This document shows, in pieces, positions 8,682 through 17,125 of a stretch of 32,000 nt of DNA (positions are counted from its first letter, which is position 1; each line of letters opens with the position of its first letter). Origin of the DNA: Erysipelotrichaceae bacterium (GTDB taxonomy: Bacteria; Bacillota_I; Bacilli_A; Erysipelotrichales; Erysipelotrichaceae). The stretch covers positions 450,001 through 482,000 of the forward strand of contig OY781039.1 in NCBI GenBank assembly GCA_963676105.1, read 5' to 3'. The position numbers were made by a program, and so were the translations under genes. The notes under the pieces are model-generated. The model saw nothing but the letters and a program-made list of their open reading frames with translations, searched no databases and had not been told where the DNA came from.

Positions 8682-10123
8682 TTTGAGTCGATGAGAGATA
8701 TCTTTAAATCATAGAGTTTTTGAGATAAATCCACGTAGTATTTATGTGGATTTTTTAAACGTTTAACTTCATCCCATAAACTATCTAATTCGTTTTGGGT
8801 ATATTCTCGTGTTTCAAAAATGTCTTTTGGTTGATAAACGAGTTGTCCTTTATCAAAAATTAAGGTATGCATATCTCTAATGCTGTAATTGTTAATGATT
8901 TTTCTTTTCCAAGGAGCATTTGGATCAAAGAGCTCATATGTGTTTGGATCTATGATTTCATCTGCACATGCGATCACATCAGCAATCGCTTTCTTTGAAT
9001 CATTATCATAAAATCGATAAACTTTTTTATCTCCAGGATTAGTAATTTTTTCAATATTTTCTGAAAGTTTAATTGTTGGAATCATTTCACCATTTTTTTC
9101 ATATGCTACAACTTTATAGACACCACCTAATACAGGATGTGAAGAAGAAGTGATTAAGTTTTCACCAACCCCATAGGCATCAATTTTCGCATCTTGAAGG
9201 ATAAGTGTATCGATAATATCTTCATCTAATGAATTAGACGCGAGTATCATACAATCCTCTAATCCGGCATCATCTAACATTTGTCGTGCTTTTTTAGAAA
9301 GATAGGCTAAGTCACCACTATCTAAACGAATTCCTTTTAAACGTTGACCATTTGGGATTAAAATCTCTTGAGCTACTTTTATCGCATTTGGTACACCTGA
9401 TTTTAGAGTGTCATATGTATCAACTAAGAGGATTGTATTATTTCCAGCTTGTGATGCATATTTAGTAAAGGCTTCAAGTTCAGTTTCATGCATTTGTATG
9501 TAAGAGTGCGCAAGTGTTCCTGATACAGGAATGCCATATACTTGTCCTGCGTAGGTATTAGAAGTTCCATCACAGCCTGTTATATAAGCAGCACGTGCGC
9601 CTTCAAGAGCAGCTTCCACACCTTGGGCACGTCTAATACCAAACTCTATGACACTTTTACCGCGAGCAGCTCTTACGATACGAGCAGCTTTTGTGGCGAT
9701 TAATGTCGAGAAGTTAACTGAAACAAGTAATAAAGTTTCAATAAGCTGTGTTTGAATACGTGTACCACGTACCTTTATTAAGGCTTCATTGGCAAACATA
9801 GGGGTACCTTCTTCAACCGCCCATAAATCAATATCTAAGGTCATATTTTTTAAATATGTTAGGAAATCTTCGTCGTACTTATCTAAACTTCTAAGATATT
9901 CAATATCATCGTCTGTGAATTTATAATTGGCAAGTTGATGAATTAAATTGTTTAAACCATTAAAAATAATGAAACCACCATTATCAGGGATGGTTCTGAC
10001 AAACATATCGAAGACCGCCATCTCTTCATGCATGTTTTCTTTGAAGTAGGTATAAGCCATTGTAAACTCATATAAATCAGTGAGTAGAACTGTACTTTTT
10101 GTTGGTGATAATGATAAATTCAT
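8669..10123 (-). CDS. pncB: Nicotinate phosphoribosyltransferase
   Basis: 484 aa. N-terminal TDLYEFTMAYTYF and central SGTLAHSYIQ motifs of the NAPRTase family. SD AAAGGA upstream. Confidence 0.9.
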   Translation of the reverse strand: MNLSLSPTKSTVLLTDLYEFTMAYTYFKENMHEEMAVFDMFVRTIPDNGGFIIFNGLNNLIHQLANYKFTDDDIEYLRSLDKYDEDFLTYLKNMTLDIDLWAVEEGTPMFANEALIKVRGTRIQTQLIETLLLVSVNFSTLIATKAARIVRAARGKSVIEFGIRRAQGVEAALEGARAAYITGCDGTSNTYAGQVYGIPVSGTLAHSYIQMHETELEAFTKYASQAGNNTILLVDTYDTLKSGVPNAIKVAQEILIPNGQRLKGIRLDSGDLAYLSKKARQMLDDAGLEDCMILASNSLDEDIIDTLILQDAKIDAYGVGENLITSSSHPVLGGVYKVVAYEKNGEMIPTIKLSENIEKITNPGDKKVYRFYDNDSKKAIADVIACADEIIDPNTYELFDPNAPWKRKIINNYSIRDMHTLIFDKGQLVYQPKDIFETREYTQNELDSLWDEVKRLKNPHKYYVDLSQKLYDLKISLIDSNKKS

Positions 10124-10148
10124 ATTTCAATGTTTCCTTTAGTCAATG

Positions 10149-10157
10149 TGATAGAAT
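10149..10157 (+). promoter_or_regulatory. Putative extended -10 (TGATAGAAT) for the M16 peptidase pair
   Basis: TGnTAGAAT lies about 40 nt upstream of the preferred ATG at 10199. No good -35 was found. Confidence 0.35.
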
Positions 10158-10167
10158 AATTGTGTTT

Positions 10168-10176
10168 ATTATACCA
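10168..10176 (-). promoter_or_regulatory. Putative extended -10 (TGGTATAAT on the minus strand) for pncB
   Basis: The + strand reads ATTATACCA, which is TGGTATAAT on the - strand. It lies about 45 nt upstream of the pncB ATG (10123). Confidence 0.4.
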
Positions 10177-10198
10177 CTTAGTGAAGTTGAAGGAATCT

Positions 10199-11422
10199 AT
10201 GAACCAAATATTAAAAGAGACACATCTTATCCAAAGAAAAACAGATCAGTTTAAGGATATGATGATACAAGTTATTTATAATTATCCAAAAGTTGAACCT
10301 GATGTCACGATTGCGAATCTACTATCCTATATGATGAGTGATCGGTGTGTTGATTATCCAAGTAAACGTTTGATGAATAAGAAAACTGATGATTTATATG
10401 GGCTTTCATCTCAGTTTAGAGTGAGTTCTTTTGGCTATCTTCATCAATTTGAAGCTCGTTTCAAAACACTTAATCCGTCATATACAGAAACAAATCTAAT
10501 TGAAGATGTATTAGATTTTATTCAGTCAGTTTTATTAAAGCCATTATTAAATGAGTCGAGTTTAAGTGAAGCTAAGATTAATTTGAAAGCTGCACTAATG
10601 CGTTTAATGGATAATCCTAATATCGCTAGTGTTCGACTTGCGGTTGATAAAATGGTTGAAAATGAACCACTAAAAGTTTATTCATTAGGTAATATTGATG
10701 TAATTGATAAAATTACTTTAGATGATGTGATTCAGTTTCATCAAAAATTGATTGATCTAAAGCCTGTTATTATCACAAGTTCAGATACAGCGCTTGATTT
10801 ATCGAGGTTACAAAATGCTTTAGGTCAAAAAGAGATGGATAGAAATATTAATGTTTATTCATTTAAAGATCGATCATTTATTTCTGCGATTGAAGAGCGC
10901 TCATTACCACAAAGCACTGTTAGTCAGTTTTATAAAACAGATATTAATTTAGCCGACAATCATTATTACAGCATGCGCATCCTAGCAATGATTTTAGGTC
11001 AATTACCAAGTAGTTTATTATTTCAAGAAATCCGAGAAAAACGGTCATTATGTTATGCCATTTCTGCATCCTTTATGGGAAGTGATGGTTTACTTTTAAT
11101 TCAAACAGGTATTGATGCATCAAAAATAGAAGAATTAAGACCATTAATACAAGTCCAAATTAATCGCCTCATCTCTGGTGATTTTTCAAACGCTTTATTA
11201 AAAACGGCACAAAAACTCTATATCCAAAATATGGAACAAATAGATGAAGACCGCTTGGCGTATTTTAATCTATTGAATCAATTTGATATTTTAAATAAAA
11301 ATTTTGATATATCAGAGATTAAAGAGAAAGTTCAATCCCTTCAAAAATCAGATATTCAAAATGCCGCAAAACAACTTAAATTAATTGCGGAAGGTATGAT
11401 TAAAGGAGTTTCTAATGCATAA
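10199..11422 (+). CDS. M16-family peptidase-like protein, non-catalytic partner (YmfF-like)
   Basis: The track ORF starts at TTG 10160, but ATG 10199 has GAAGGA upstream and gives MNQILK.. The protein has an M16 fold-like length and C-terminal domain. The HxxEH zinc motif position reads NLLSY (10316-10330). It overlaps the catalytic partner by 8 nt. Confidence 0.75.
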   Translation: MNQILKETHLIQRKTDQFKDMMIQVIYNYPKVEPDVTIANLLSYMMSDRCVDYPSKRLMNKKTDDLYGLSSQFRVSSFGYLHQFEARFKTLNPSYTETNLIEDVLDFIQSVLLKPLLNESSLSEAKINLKAALMRLMDNPNIASVRLAVDKMVENEPLKVYSLGNIDVIDKITLDDVIQFHQKLIDLKPVIITSSDTALDLSRLQNALGQKEMDRNINVYSFKDRSFISAIEERSLPQSTVSQFYKTDINLADNHYYSMRILAMILGQLPSSLLFQEIREKRSLCYAISASFMGSDGLLLIQTGIDASKIEELRPLIQVQINRLISGDFSNALLKTAQKLYIQNMEQIDEDRLAYFNLLNQFDILNKNFDISEIKEKVQSLQKSDIQNAAKQLKLIAEGMIKGVSNA

Positions 11423-12686
11423 GACTCACTATATAGATCTTAAAGAAAATATTACTTATCATCAGTTAAGTAATGGACTAAATATTGCGATTATCGAAAA
11501 AAAGGGATTTAAGACATCGTCCTTCTTTTTAGCTTTCCCTTATGGTTCATTAGATGTTTATCAAGAAGACAATGAAAAGAAACACAGTAATTCATTAGGA
11601 ATTGCCCATTTTTTAGAACATAAATTATTTGAAAATAATAATGGGATTGATATCATGGGTGCTTTTAATGAGCTTGGTGCATCGGTTAATGCTTTTACTT
11701 CACACAACGAAACAGTTTATACGTTTAATAGTGTTAAAAATATTAAAAAAGCTTTAAATTTATTACTAGATTTTACGCAAACTTTTGATGTGAGTGTTGA
11801 ATCTGTTGAAAAAGAGAAGGGCATTATCAATCAAGAATTGAATATGTATCTTCAAATGCCAGAACAACGTTTGATCTATGAAACATATCGTTCACTCTAT
11901 CATCATCATCCTATCCAATTTGATATCGGTGGGGATGAAGCTAGTGTTAATGGAATAACTCGAGAAGAATTGATTGAAGTTTATAAACGAAATTATCATC
12001 CTCAAAAAAGTTTGTTGGTATGTGTAAGTCATATCCCTGCGACTAAATTAATCAAAATAATAGAAGATAATCAAAGTCAAAAAGCATTTGAATCAATGCC
12101 ATTAGTTAAACGTTCATTAATTGATGAACCTAAATCTGTAAAACGGCAGTCTTATGAATTTGATATGAATATTCAATCATCTAAAATGACTTACAATTTT
12201 AAACTTGATCATTTATCGTTAGACGAATCTATCAACTTAAAAAGAGAATGGACAACTCGAATGGCTCTAGAATGTGTCTTTTCTAGTATTAATGATGACT
12301 ATCAAAATTGGATTGATGATGGTAGAATTCATGATTACTTTGGTTTTGAAGTTGAGGTCAATAAAGCCTATGGTTTTGTATTATTCTATGGAGAAAGTGA
12401 ATCAGTAGCTGATTTTAAATCATTGATTGATGAAGGATTAAAAACGGATTTAAGAAAATTTGAAACTGACTTCAACGCGTTGAAGCGCCGTTATAAATCT
12501 ATGCTAATTCGTTCGCTTAATGACCATGATGATTTTGCGATTAGTTTAATTCGTTCGTCTTTTGCGAATGTTCCTTTTGAATTTCAATTTAATGTTGTTG
12601 ATCAAATTCAGTTTGAGGATTGCTTACGAGTCTTCAATAATTTGTCTAATTTGCCAAATTGTACTGTTTTTATGAAGAAAAAATAG
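11415..12686 (+). CDS. M16-family zinc metallopeptidase (pitrilysin/insulinase-like; YmfH-like catalytic subunit)
   Basis: 423 aa. Inverted zinc motif HFLEH (11607-11621) in the context GIAHFLEHKLFE. SD AAAGGAG. Confidence 0.85.
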   Translation: MHKTHYIDLKENITYHQLSNGLNIAIIEKKGFKTSSFFLAFPYGSLDVYQEDNEKKHSNSLGIAHFLEHKLFENNNGIDIMGAFNELGASVNAFTSHNETVYTFNSVKNIKKALNLLLDFTQTFDVSVESVEKEKGIINQELNMYLQMPEQRLIYETYRSLYHHHPIQFDIGGDEASVNGITREELIEVYKRNYHPQKSLLVCVSHIPATKLIKIIEDNQSQKAFESMPLVKRSLIDEPKSVKRQSYEFDMNIQSSKMTYNFKLDHLSLDESINLKREWTTRMALECVFSSINDDYQNWIDDGRIHDYFGFEVEVNKAYGFVLFYGESESVADFKSLIDEGLKTDLRKFETDFNALKRRYKSMLIRSLNDHDDFAISLIRSSFANVPFEFQFNVVDQIQFEDCLRVFNNLSNLPNCTVFMKKK

Positions 12687-12735
12687 GACTTTTTAAGTTT
12701 ACTGTCTAAATCTAATAGTAAGAGGAGGACATGAT

Positions 12736-13062
12736 ATGTTAAATCAAGTCGTATTAGTTGGTCGTATAAAAGAATTGCCTGTATTGAAAGAAACAAGTAG
12801 TGGTGTCAAATTAGCTGAAATGTTAGTTGAGGTAGAACGCAACTATAAAAATGCCCAAGGTGTTATGGACACCGACACGATTCAGTGCACACTATGGAGA
12901 GGTTTAGCTGAAACGGCTATGGAACAGAGCGGAGTTGGCAATTTGATTGGACTAAAAGGTCGTTTGCAGGGAAATCATTTTGATAGTAAAGACGGAAATC
13001 CAATTTATGTTTCAGAAGTGATTGCTGAAAAAATTTCTTTCTTACATCCAAGCGATGTATAA
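12736..13062 (+). CDS. ssb: Single-stranded DNA-binding protein paralog, OB-fold only with no acidic C-terminal tail (SsbB-like)
   Basis: 108 aa. The start MLNQVVLVGRI.. and the ..CTLWRG..GLKGRLQ.. pattern match the SSB OB fold. It ends right after the fold (..ISFLHPSDV) without a Gly/Gln-rich linker or a DDD(I/L)PF tip. Strong SD AGAGGAGG. Has its own terminator. Confidence 0.8.
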   Translation: MLNQVVLVGRIKELPVLKETSSGVKLAEMLVEVERNYKNAQGVMDTDTIQCTLWRGLAETAMEQSGVGNLIGLKGRLQGNHFDSKDGNPIYVSEVIAEKISFLHPSDV

Positions 13063-13084
13063 ACGGTTTTGGCCGTTTTTTTTG
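13061..13084 (+). terminator. Probable rho-independent terminator after the ssb paralog
   Basis: Stem aaacgg/ccgttt with loop ttttgg, followed by a long T-run. The stem is short (3 GC pairs). Confidence 0.5.
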
Positions 13085-13091
13085 TTATAAT
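13083..13091 (+). promoter_or_regulatory. Extended -10 promoter (TGTTATAAT) for thyA and the downstream gene chain
   Basis: TGnTATAAT lies 24 nt upstream of ATG 13115, with SD AAGGAG in between. Confidence 0.5.
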
Positions 13092-13114
13092 GTGACTAGT
13101 TTAAGGAGTTTACA

Positions 13115-13987
13115 ATGAAGCAATATCTCGACTTAATTGATCATATATTAGAAAATGGTACCCAACGTGTAGATCGAACATCTACGGGGACGATTTCAAC
13201 CTTTGGTTATCAAATGCGTTTTGACTTATCCAAAGGCTTTCCATTATTAACCACCAAGAAGGTGCATTTCAAATCTGTTGTCCATGAATTATTGTGGTTT
13301 ATCCAAGGATCTACCAATATTCGTCCTTTAGTCTTAAATAATGTGCGTATTTGGAATGAATGGCCATATGAAAAATTTGTACAATCATCTGAGTTTAATG
13401 GTGAATCAATGGCTGAGTTTATCGAAAGAGTCAAAGAAGATGAAGCATTTGCGCTTAAATTTGGTGATTTAGGACCCGTTTATGGAAAGCAATGGCGTGA
13501 TTTTAATGGTGTCGATCAATTAGAGGAATTGATTCAAGGTTTAAAAAACAAACCTTTTTCAAGACGCCATATTATTAATGCTTGGAATCCAGCAGACTTA
13601 GATAAGATGGCTTTACCACCATGTCATATGATGATGCAGTTCTATGTATCCTCTGACCAAAAGAAATTATCCTGTCAGTTATATCAGCGCTCAGCGGATG
13701 TATTTTTAGGTGTTCCATTTAATATTGCTTCATATGCCTTATTTACGCATATGATAGCCCAAGCTGTTGGCTTAGAAGCAGGCGACTTTGTTCATACACT
13801 TGGTGATGCACATATTTATAATGATCACATTGAACAGGTTAACTTACAAAAAACGCGTGAACCTAAAAAACTTTGTTCATTAAAATTAAATCCAAATATA
13901 AAATCTATTTATGATTTTAAATATGAAGACATTGAACTTATCGACTATGTTTCTCATCCAAGTATCAAAGGTAAGGTATCTGTATAA
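13115..13987 (+). CDS. thyA: Thymidylate synthase (ThyA type)
   Basis: 290 aa. [17 protein letters not shown]-like N-terminus, catalytic Cys context [13 protein letters not shown], and LGDAHIY. Confidence 0.97.
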   Translation: MKQYLDLIDHILENGTQRVDRTSTGTISTFGYQMRFDLSKGFPLLTTKKVHFKSVVHELLWFIQGSTNIRPLVLNNVRIWNEWPYEKFVQSSEFNGESMAEFIERVKEDEAFALKFGDLGPVYGKQWRDFNGVDQLEELIQGLKNKPFSRRHIINAWNPADLDKMALPPCHMMMQFYVSSDQKKLSCQLYQRSADVFLGVPFNIASYALFTHMIAQAVGLEAGDFVHTLGDAHIYNDHIEQVNLQKTREPKKLCSLKLNPNIKSIYDFKYEDIELIDYVSHPSIKGKVSV

Positions 13988-14457
13988 TGTTGCATATGAT
14001 TGTCGCAATGGATGCGAATCGAGGTATTGGACTAAACGAAAAAATGCCTTGGCACATTGCCGAAGAAATGAAAATCTTCAGGACGACCACCATGAATCAT
14101 TCGGTTCTTTTTGGACGTAAAACTCTTGAAGGCATAGGCGGTATTCTAAAAAATAGAAAGCATTATGTTAGTACCCGAAATAAAGATTATCAACGTGAAG
14201 GTGTAGAAATAATTTATGATCTAGATGCTTTCTTAAATCAACATAAAGATAGTTTAGAACAAGTCTTTGTGAGTGGTGGGGCAAGTATTTATGAACAAGC
14301 TTTTCCATTTATTACAGATGCCTATATTTCAATCTTAAAAGAGTCTTATCAATGTGATACGTTCTTACCTGATTTTGATTTTTCAAATTTTGAGTTAATT
14401 GAAGAAAAAGAATATGATGCCTTTATGCATTATCACTATAGAAGGAGAACTACGTGA
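13987..14457 (+). CDS. folA: Dihydrofolate reductase
   Basis: 156 aa. MIVAMDANRGIGLNEKMPWH and GRKT motifs. TAATG overlap with thyA. Confidence 0.93.
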   Translation: MLHMIVAMDANRGIGLNEKMPWHIAEEMKIFRTTTMNHSVLFGRKTLEGIGGILKNRKHYVSTRNKDYQREGVEIIYDLDAFLNQHKDSLEQVFVSGGASIYEQAFPFITDAYISILKESYQCDTFLPDFDFSNFELIEEKEYDAFMHYHYRRRTT

Positions 14458-15101
14458 GAGCTTTAATCTTATTTTTAATGATGTTGTTTGTTTATCCAGT
14501 GGTTTTCTTTTCATCTCTTCACTTAATCAAGTCTACCTATGATCTGAAATATACATTGTTTCAAATATGGTCACGTTGGTTTATTAAACGTGCAAGTGCT
14601 AAAGTTGATTGCAAACGCTGTGATTTGATTCCACTTGAAAATGATTATATTTTTGTCGTACATCATGAAAATAAGTTAGATGCTTTAGTTCTAGCTGAAG
14701 CTTTACCTGTACGTACGCATTTTATCTTGGATCACTCAGAAAAGATTCCTTATATGAATGTTTATTTAAAACGTTTAAATAGTGATCGATTATCATATAT
14801 CAATGATGATTTCTCAAAATTGACGGAAAAAATGGAAAATGATTTGAATGAGTCATCGATAACAGTTTTTCAAAATACTTTATATGGTGAAAAGATTCCA
14901 CTTAATTTCTATGATTTGGCAAAATCTCAAAAATGGACACTCATACCAGTTATGATTTCAAATTCAAAAAATTTAATGAAAAAAGGTAAACATCATCATG
15001 TTGAAGTTGAAATAAAAGTGCCTCTTTATTTTGAAGAGTATGGTAAAAGATCAACAGAAGATATTCAAAAGCTTATATTAGAAAGACTTCAAGAACTTTA
15101 G
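14454..15101 (+). CDS. PlsC-type (lysophospholipid) acyltransferase family protein, divergent (YpkP-like position)
   Basis: 215 aa. GTG start overlapping the folA stop (GTGA), SD GAAGGAG. N-terminal TM segment. HX4D motif HENKLD (14664-14681). Motif III is degenerate (FQNT instead of FPEG). Confidence 0.7.
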   Translation: MRALILFLMMLFVYPVVFFSSLHLIKSTYDLKYTLFQIWSRWFIKRASAKVDCKRCDLIPLENDYIFVVHHENKLDALVLAEALPVRTHFILDHSEKIPYMNVYLKRLNSDRLSYINDDFSKLTEKMENDLNESSITVFQNTLYGEKIPLNFYDLAKSQKWTLIPVMISNSKNLMKKGKHHHVEVEIKVPLYFEEYGKRSTEDIQKLILERLQEL

Positions 15102-15103
15102 TT

Positions 15104-15112
15104 TGGTATAAT
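15104..15112 (+). promoter_or_regulatory. Possible extended -10 (TGGTATAAT) only 9 nt upstream of the scpA ATG
   Basis: An exact TGnTATAAT lies in the 20-nt gap between the acyltransferase gene and scpA. Function is uncertain. Confidence 0.3.
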
Positions 15113-15121
15113 AGGGAAGTT

Positions 15122-15865
15122 ATGCAAGAATTCAGTGTTAATCTAGAGCAATTTGAAGGTCCTTTGGACTTAATGTTGCACCTCATTTCGCAAAAGAAAC
15201 TCGATCTATTTGATTTAAAAATAGATATTTTAATCGATCAATATATTGCTTATATAGAAGCGGTTGAAGATAAATTATCAATTGCGAGTGAATACTTAGC
15301 AGAACTTGCCAATTTAGTTGAATATAAATCAAAAAAATTATTACCAAAAGAGGTTGATCCACTTGATGCAGATGAATACCAAGAAGATCCGAAAGAAGCT
15401 TTGATTCGTCGTATTTTGGAATATCAACGTTTTAAGGAAATCTCTCAAGTTTTAAACGAGCGTTATGAAGAACGTGCAAAACAAATTGAGAAACCACTTG
15501 AGAAATCTGTCTTTGACAATAATCAACAAAATCCCTATGCGACACTTGAGGGTGATCCACAGGACTTAATCAAAGCGATGCAGAGAATTATGCAACGATT
15601 TAAGATTGTACATCCACATCAAGTAAGAGTTGAGCGTGCTGAGATTTCAATTGATCAAAGAACTGAAGACTTACTTTTACTTATTTCAACTTTAAAAGAA
15701 CCTTTCACATTTGACGACTTAGCACAAGATTGTGATCATGTACATTTATTAATTGTCACATTTTTAAGTATTTTAGAAATGACACGAAACAACTTGATTG
15801 CTTTTAATATTGATGATGAAAATATTTGGTTTAGAAAAGGACAAAATTATGGACTTAACGCTTAG
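15122..15865 (+). CDS. scpA: Segregation and condensation protein A (kleisin)
   Basis: 247 aa. The N-terminus ..LEQFEGPLDLMLHLISQKKLDLFDL.. is typical ScpA. Followed by scpB. Confidence 0.93.
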   Translation: MQEFSVNLEQFEGPLDLMLHLISQKKLDLFDLKIDILIDQYIAYIEAVEDKLSIASEYLAELANLVEYKSKKLLPKEVDPLDADEYQEDPKEALIRRILEYQRFKEISQVLNERYEERAKQIEKPLEKSVFDNNQQNPYATLEGDPQDLIKAMQRIMQRFKIVHPHQVRVERAEISIDQRTEDLLLLISTLKEPFTFDDLAQDCDHVHLLIVTFLSILEMTRNNLIAFNIDDENIWFRKGQNYGLNA

Positions 15866-16394
15866 AGCTTTAATTGAAGGAATCTTATTTGTATTTGGTG
15901 AAGAAGGGGTAAGCTTAGATCAGTTATCTGAAGCTTTGGCCATCGAACCATCACATATTCAATCCATCTTAAAAGAAATGCAAGATAATTATCTATCAGA
16001 TGATTATGGTTTTGAACTTGTCATCATTCAAGAACGTTATAAACTCATTTCTAAAGCAGCAGTACATGATAGTGTCCAACGTATCCTTTCATTAGCAAAA
16101 TCAAAACAATTGTCACAATCAGCCTTAGAAACGTTAGCCATAATTGCGTATCGTCAACCTATTACACGCACAAGTATAGAAGAAATTCGTGGGGTTGGCT
16201 GTGAGTTAATGTTAAAGAAACTACAAGCTATGGATTTAATTGATGAAGCAGGTCGTGCTGAGTTACCAGGTAGACCTATTCTTTATGAAGTAACTTCATC
16301 CTTTTTAGATTTATTTAAACTAATGGATTTAGAATCGTTACCTAATTTACCTGATTTCCAAGAAGATAGTGCTGAATCAGAGTTGTTTGAATAA
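15849..16394 (+). CDS. scpB: Segregation and condensation protein B
   Basis: The track ORF begins at 15798, but ATG 15849 (MDLTLRALIEGILFVFGEEGVSL..) matches the ScpB N-terminus and has AAAGGA upstream. It overlaps scpA by 17 nt. Confidence 0.9.
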   Translation: MDLTLRALIEGILFVFGEEGVSLDQLSEALAIEPSHIQSILKEMQDNYLSDDYGFELVIIQERYKLISKAAVHDSVQRILSLAKSKQLSQSALETLAIIAYRQPITRTSIEEIRGVGCELMLKKLQAMDLIDEAGRAELPGRPILYEVTSSFLDLFKLMDLESLPNLPDFQEDSAESELFE

Positions 16395-17125
16395 TGGAAA
16401 GACTACAAAAAGTACTTGCTAAAGCTGGTATTGCTTCACGTCGAAAAGCAGAGGAGTATATTGCGGCTGGTCGTGTTAAAGTTGATGATGTTGTCATTAC
16501 TCAAATGGGCTTTCAAGTTAAAAAGGGAAGTGTCGTTAAATTTGATAATGAAGTTGTCGCAGGTGAAAATAAAGTTTATTACGTTCTTTATAAACCGCGT
16601 CGAGTCATTTCAACTGTCAGTGATCCACGCGGACGAAAAACAGTTTTAGATATCGTTCAGGTAAATGAACGCATTTTTCCTGTTGGTCGATTAGATTATG
16701 ATACAAGTGGATTATTGATTTTAAGTAATGATGGTGAATTTACTAATTTACTGACACATCCACGTTATCACTTAGAAAAGAAGTATGAAGTCAGTATTAA
16801 TGGTGTTTTAGATCAAAGTCAATGTGATGAGATACAAGCTGGGATGACTTTGAGTGATGGTACACAAGTTCAGAGTGCAGATATTAGCTTAAAACGCATT
16901 AATCCTAACACAAACACGTCTGAATGGTTTATTACGCTCAGAGAGGGTAAAAATAGGCAAATCAGAAGAATGATGGAAACGTTTGGCTTTGAAGTTAAAC
17001 GTCTTCACCGTTATCAATTTGCATTTTTAAGTTTAAATGGCATAAAACTAGGCACATATCGACGATTAAAACCATTTGAAGTTAAACGTTTAATCGAGCT
17101 TGCTAAAACAGGGAAAGATTTATAA
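16394..17125 (+). CDS. rluB: 23S rRNA pseudouridine synthase, RsuA/RluB family
   Basis: 243 aa. S4 domain (RLQKVLAKAGIASRRKAEEYI) and catalytic GRLDYDTSGLL. TAATG overlap with scpB. Confidence 0.9.
   Translation: MERLQKVLAKAGIASRRKAEEYIAAGRVKVDDVVITQMGFQVKKGSVVKFDNEVVAGENKVYYVLYKPRRVISTVSDPRGRKTVLDIVQVNERIFPVGRLDYDTSGLLILSNDGEFTNLLTHPRYHLEKKYEVSINGVLDQSQCDEIQAGMTLSDGTQVQSADISLKRINPNTNTSEWFITLREGKNRQIRRMMETFGFEVKRLHRYQFAFLSLNGIKLGTYRRLKPFEVKRLIELAKTGKDL

Noticed and set aside
10160-10198. TTG start at 10160 for the first M16 gene (track ORF start)
   Set aside because: It would place the start inside the predicted promoter region with no SD. ATG 10199 has GAAGGA upstream. The 13-aa extension (MCLLYHLVKLKES) is not family-like.
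12608-12796. 62-aa minus-strand ORF spanning the M16 / ssb junction
   Set aside because: It overlaps the ends of two well-supported plus-strand genes and the strong ssb SD. No independent signals.
10205-13320. Isolated DnaA-box-like 9-mers (for example TTATCCAAA near 10216 and TTATCCAAG near 13302)
   Set aside because: These are single near-matches inside coding sequence, with no cluster or AT-rich unwinding element. This is not an origin.
15798-15848. Upstream ATG (15798) for scpB, giving a 68-nt overlap with scpA
   Set aside because: The ScpB family N-terminus matches MDLTLRALIEG.. from ATG 15849, which has an SD-like AAAGGA. The longer form adds a hydrophobic non-conserved peptide.
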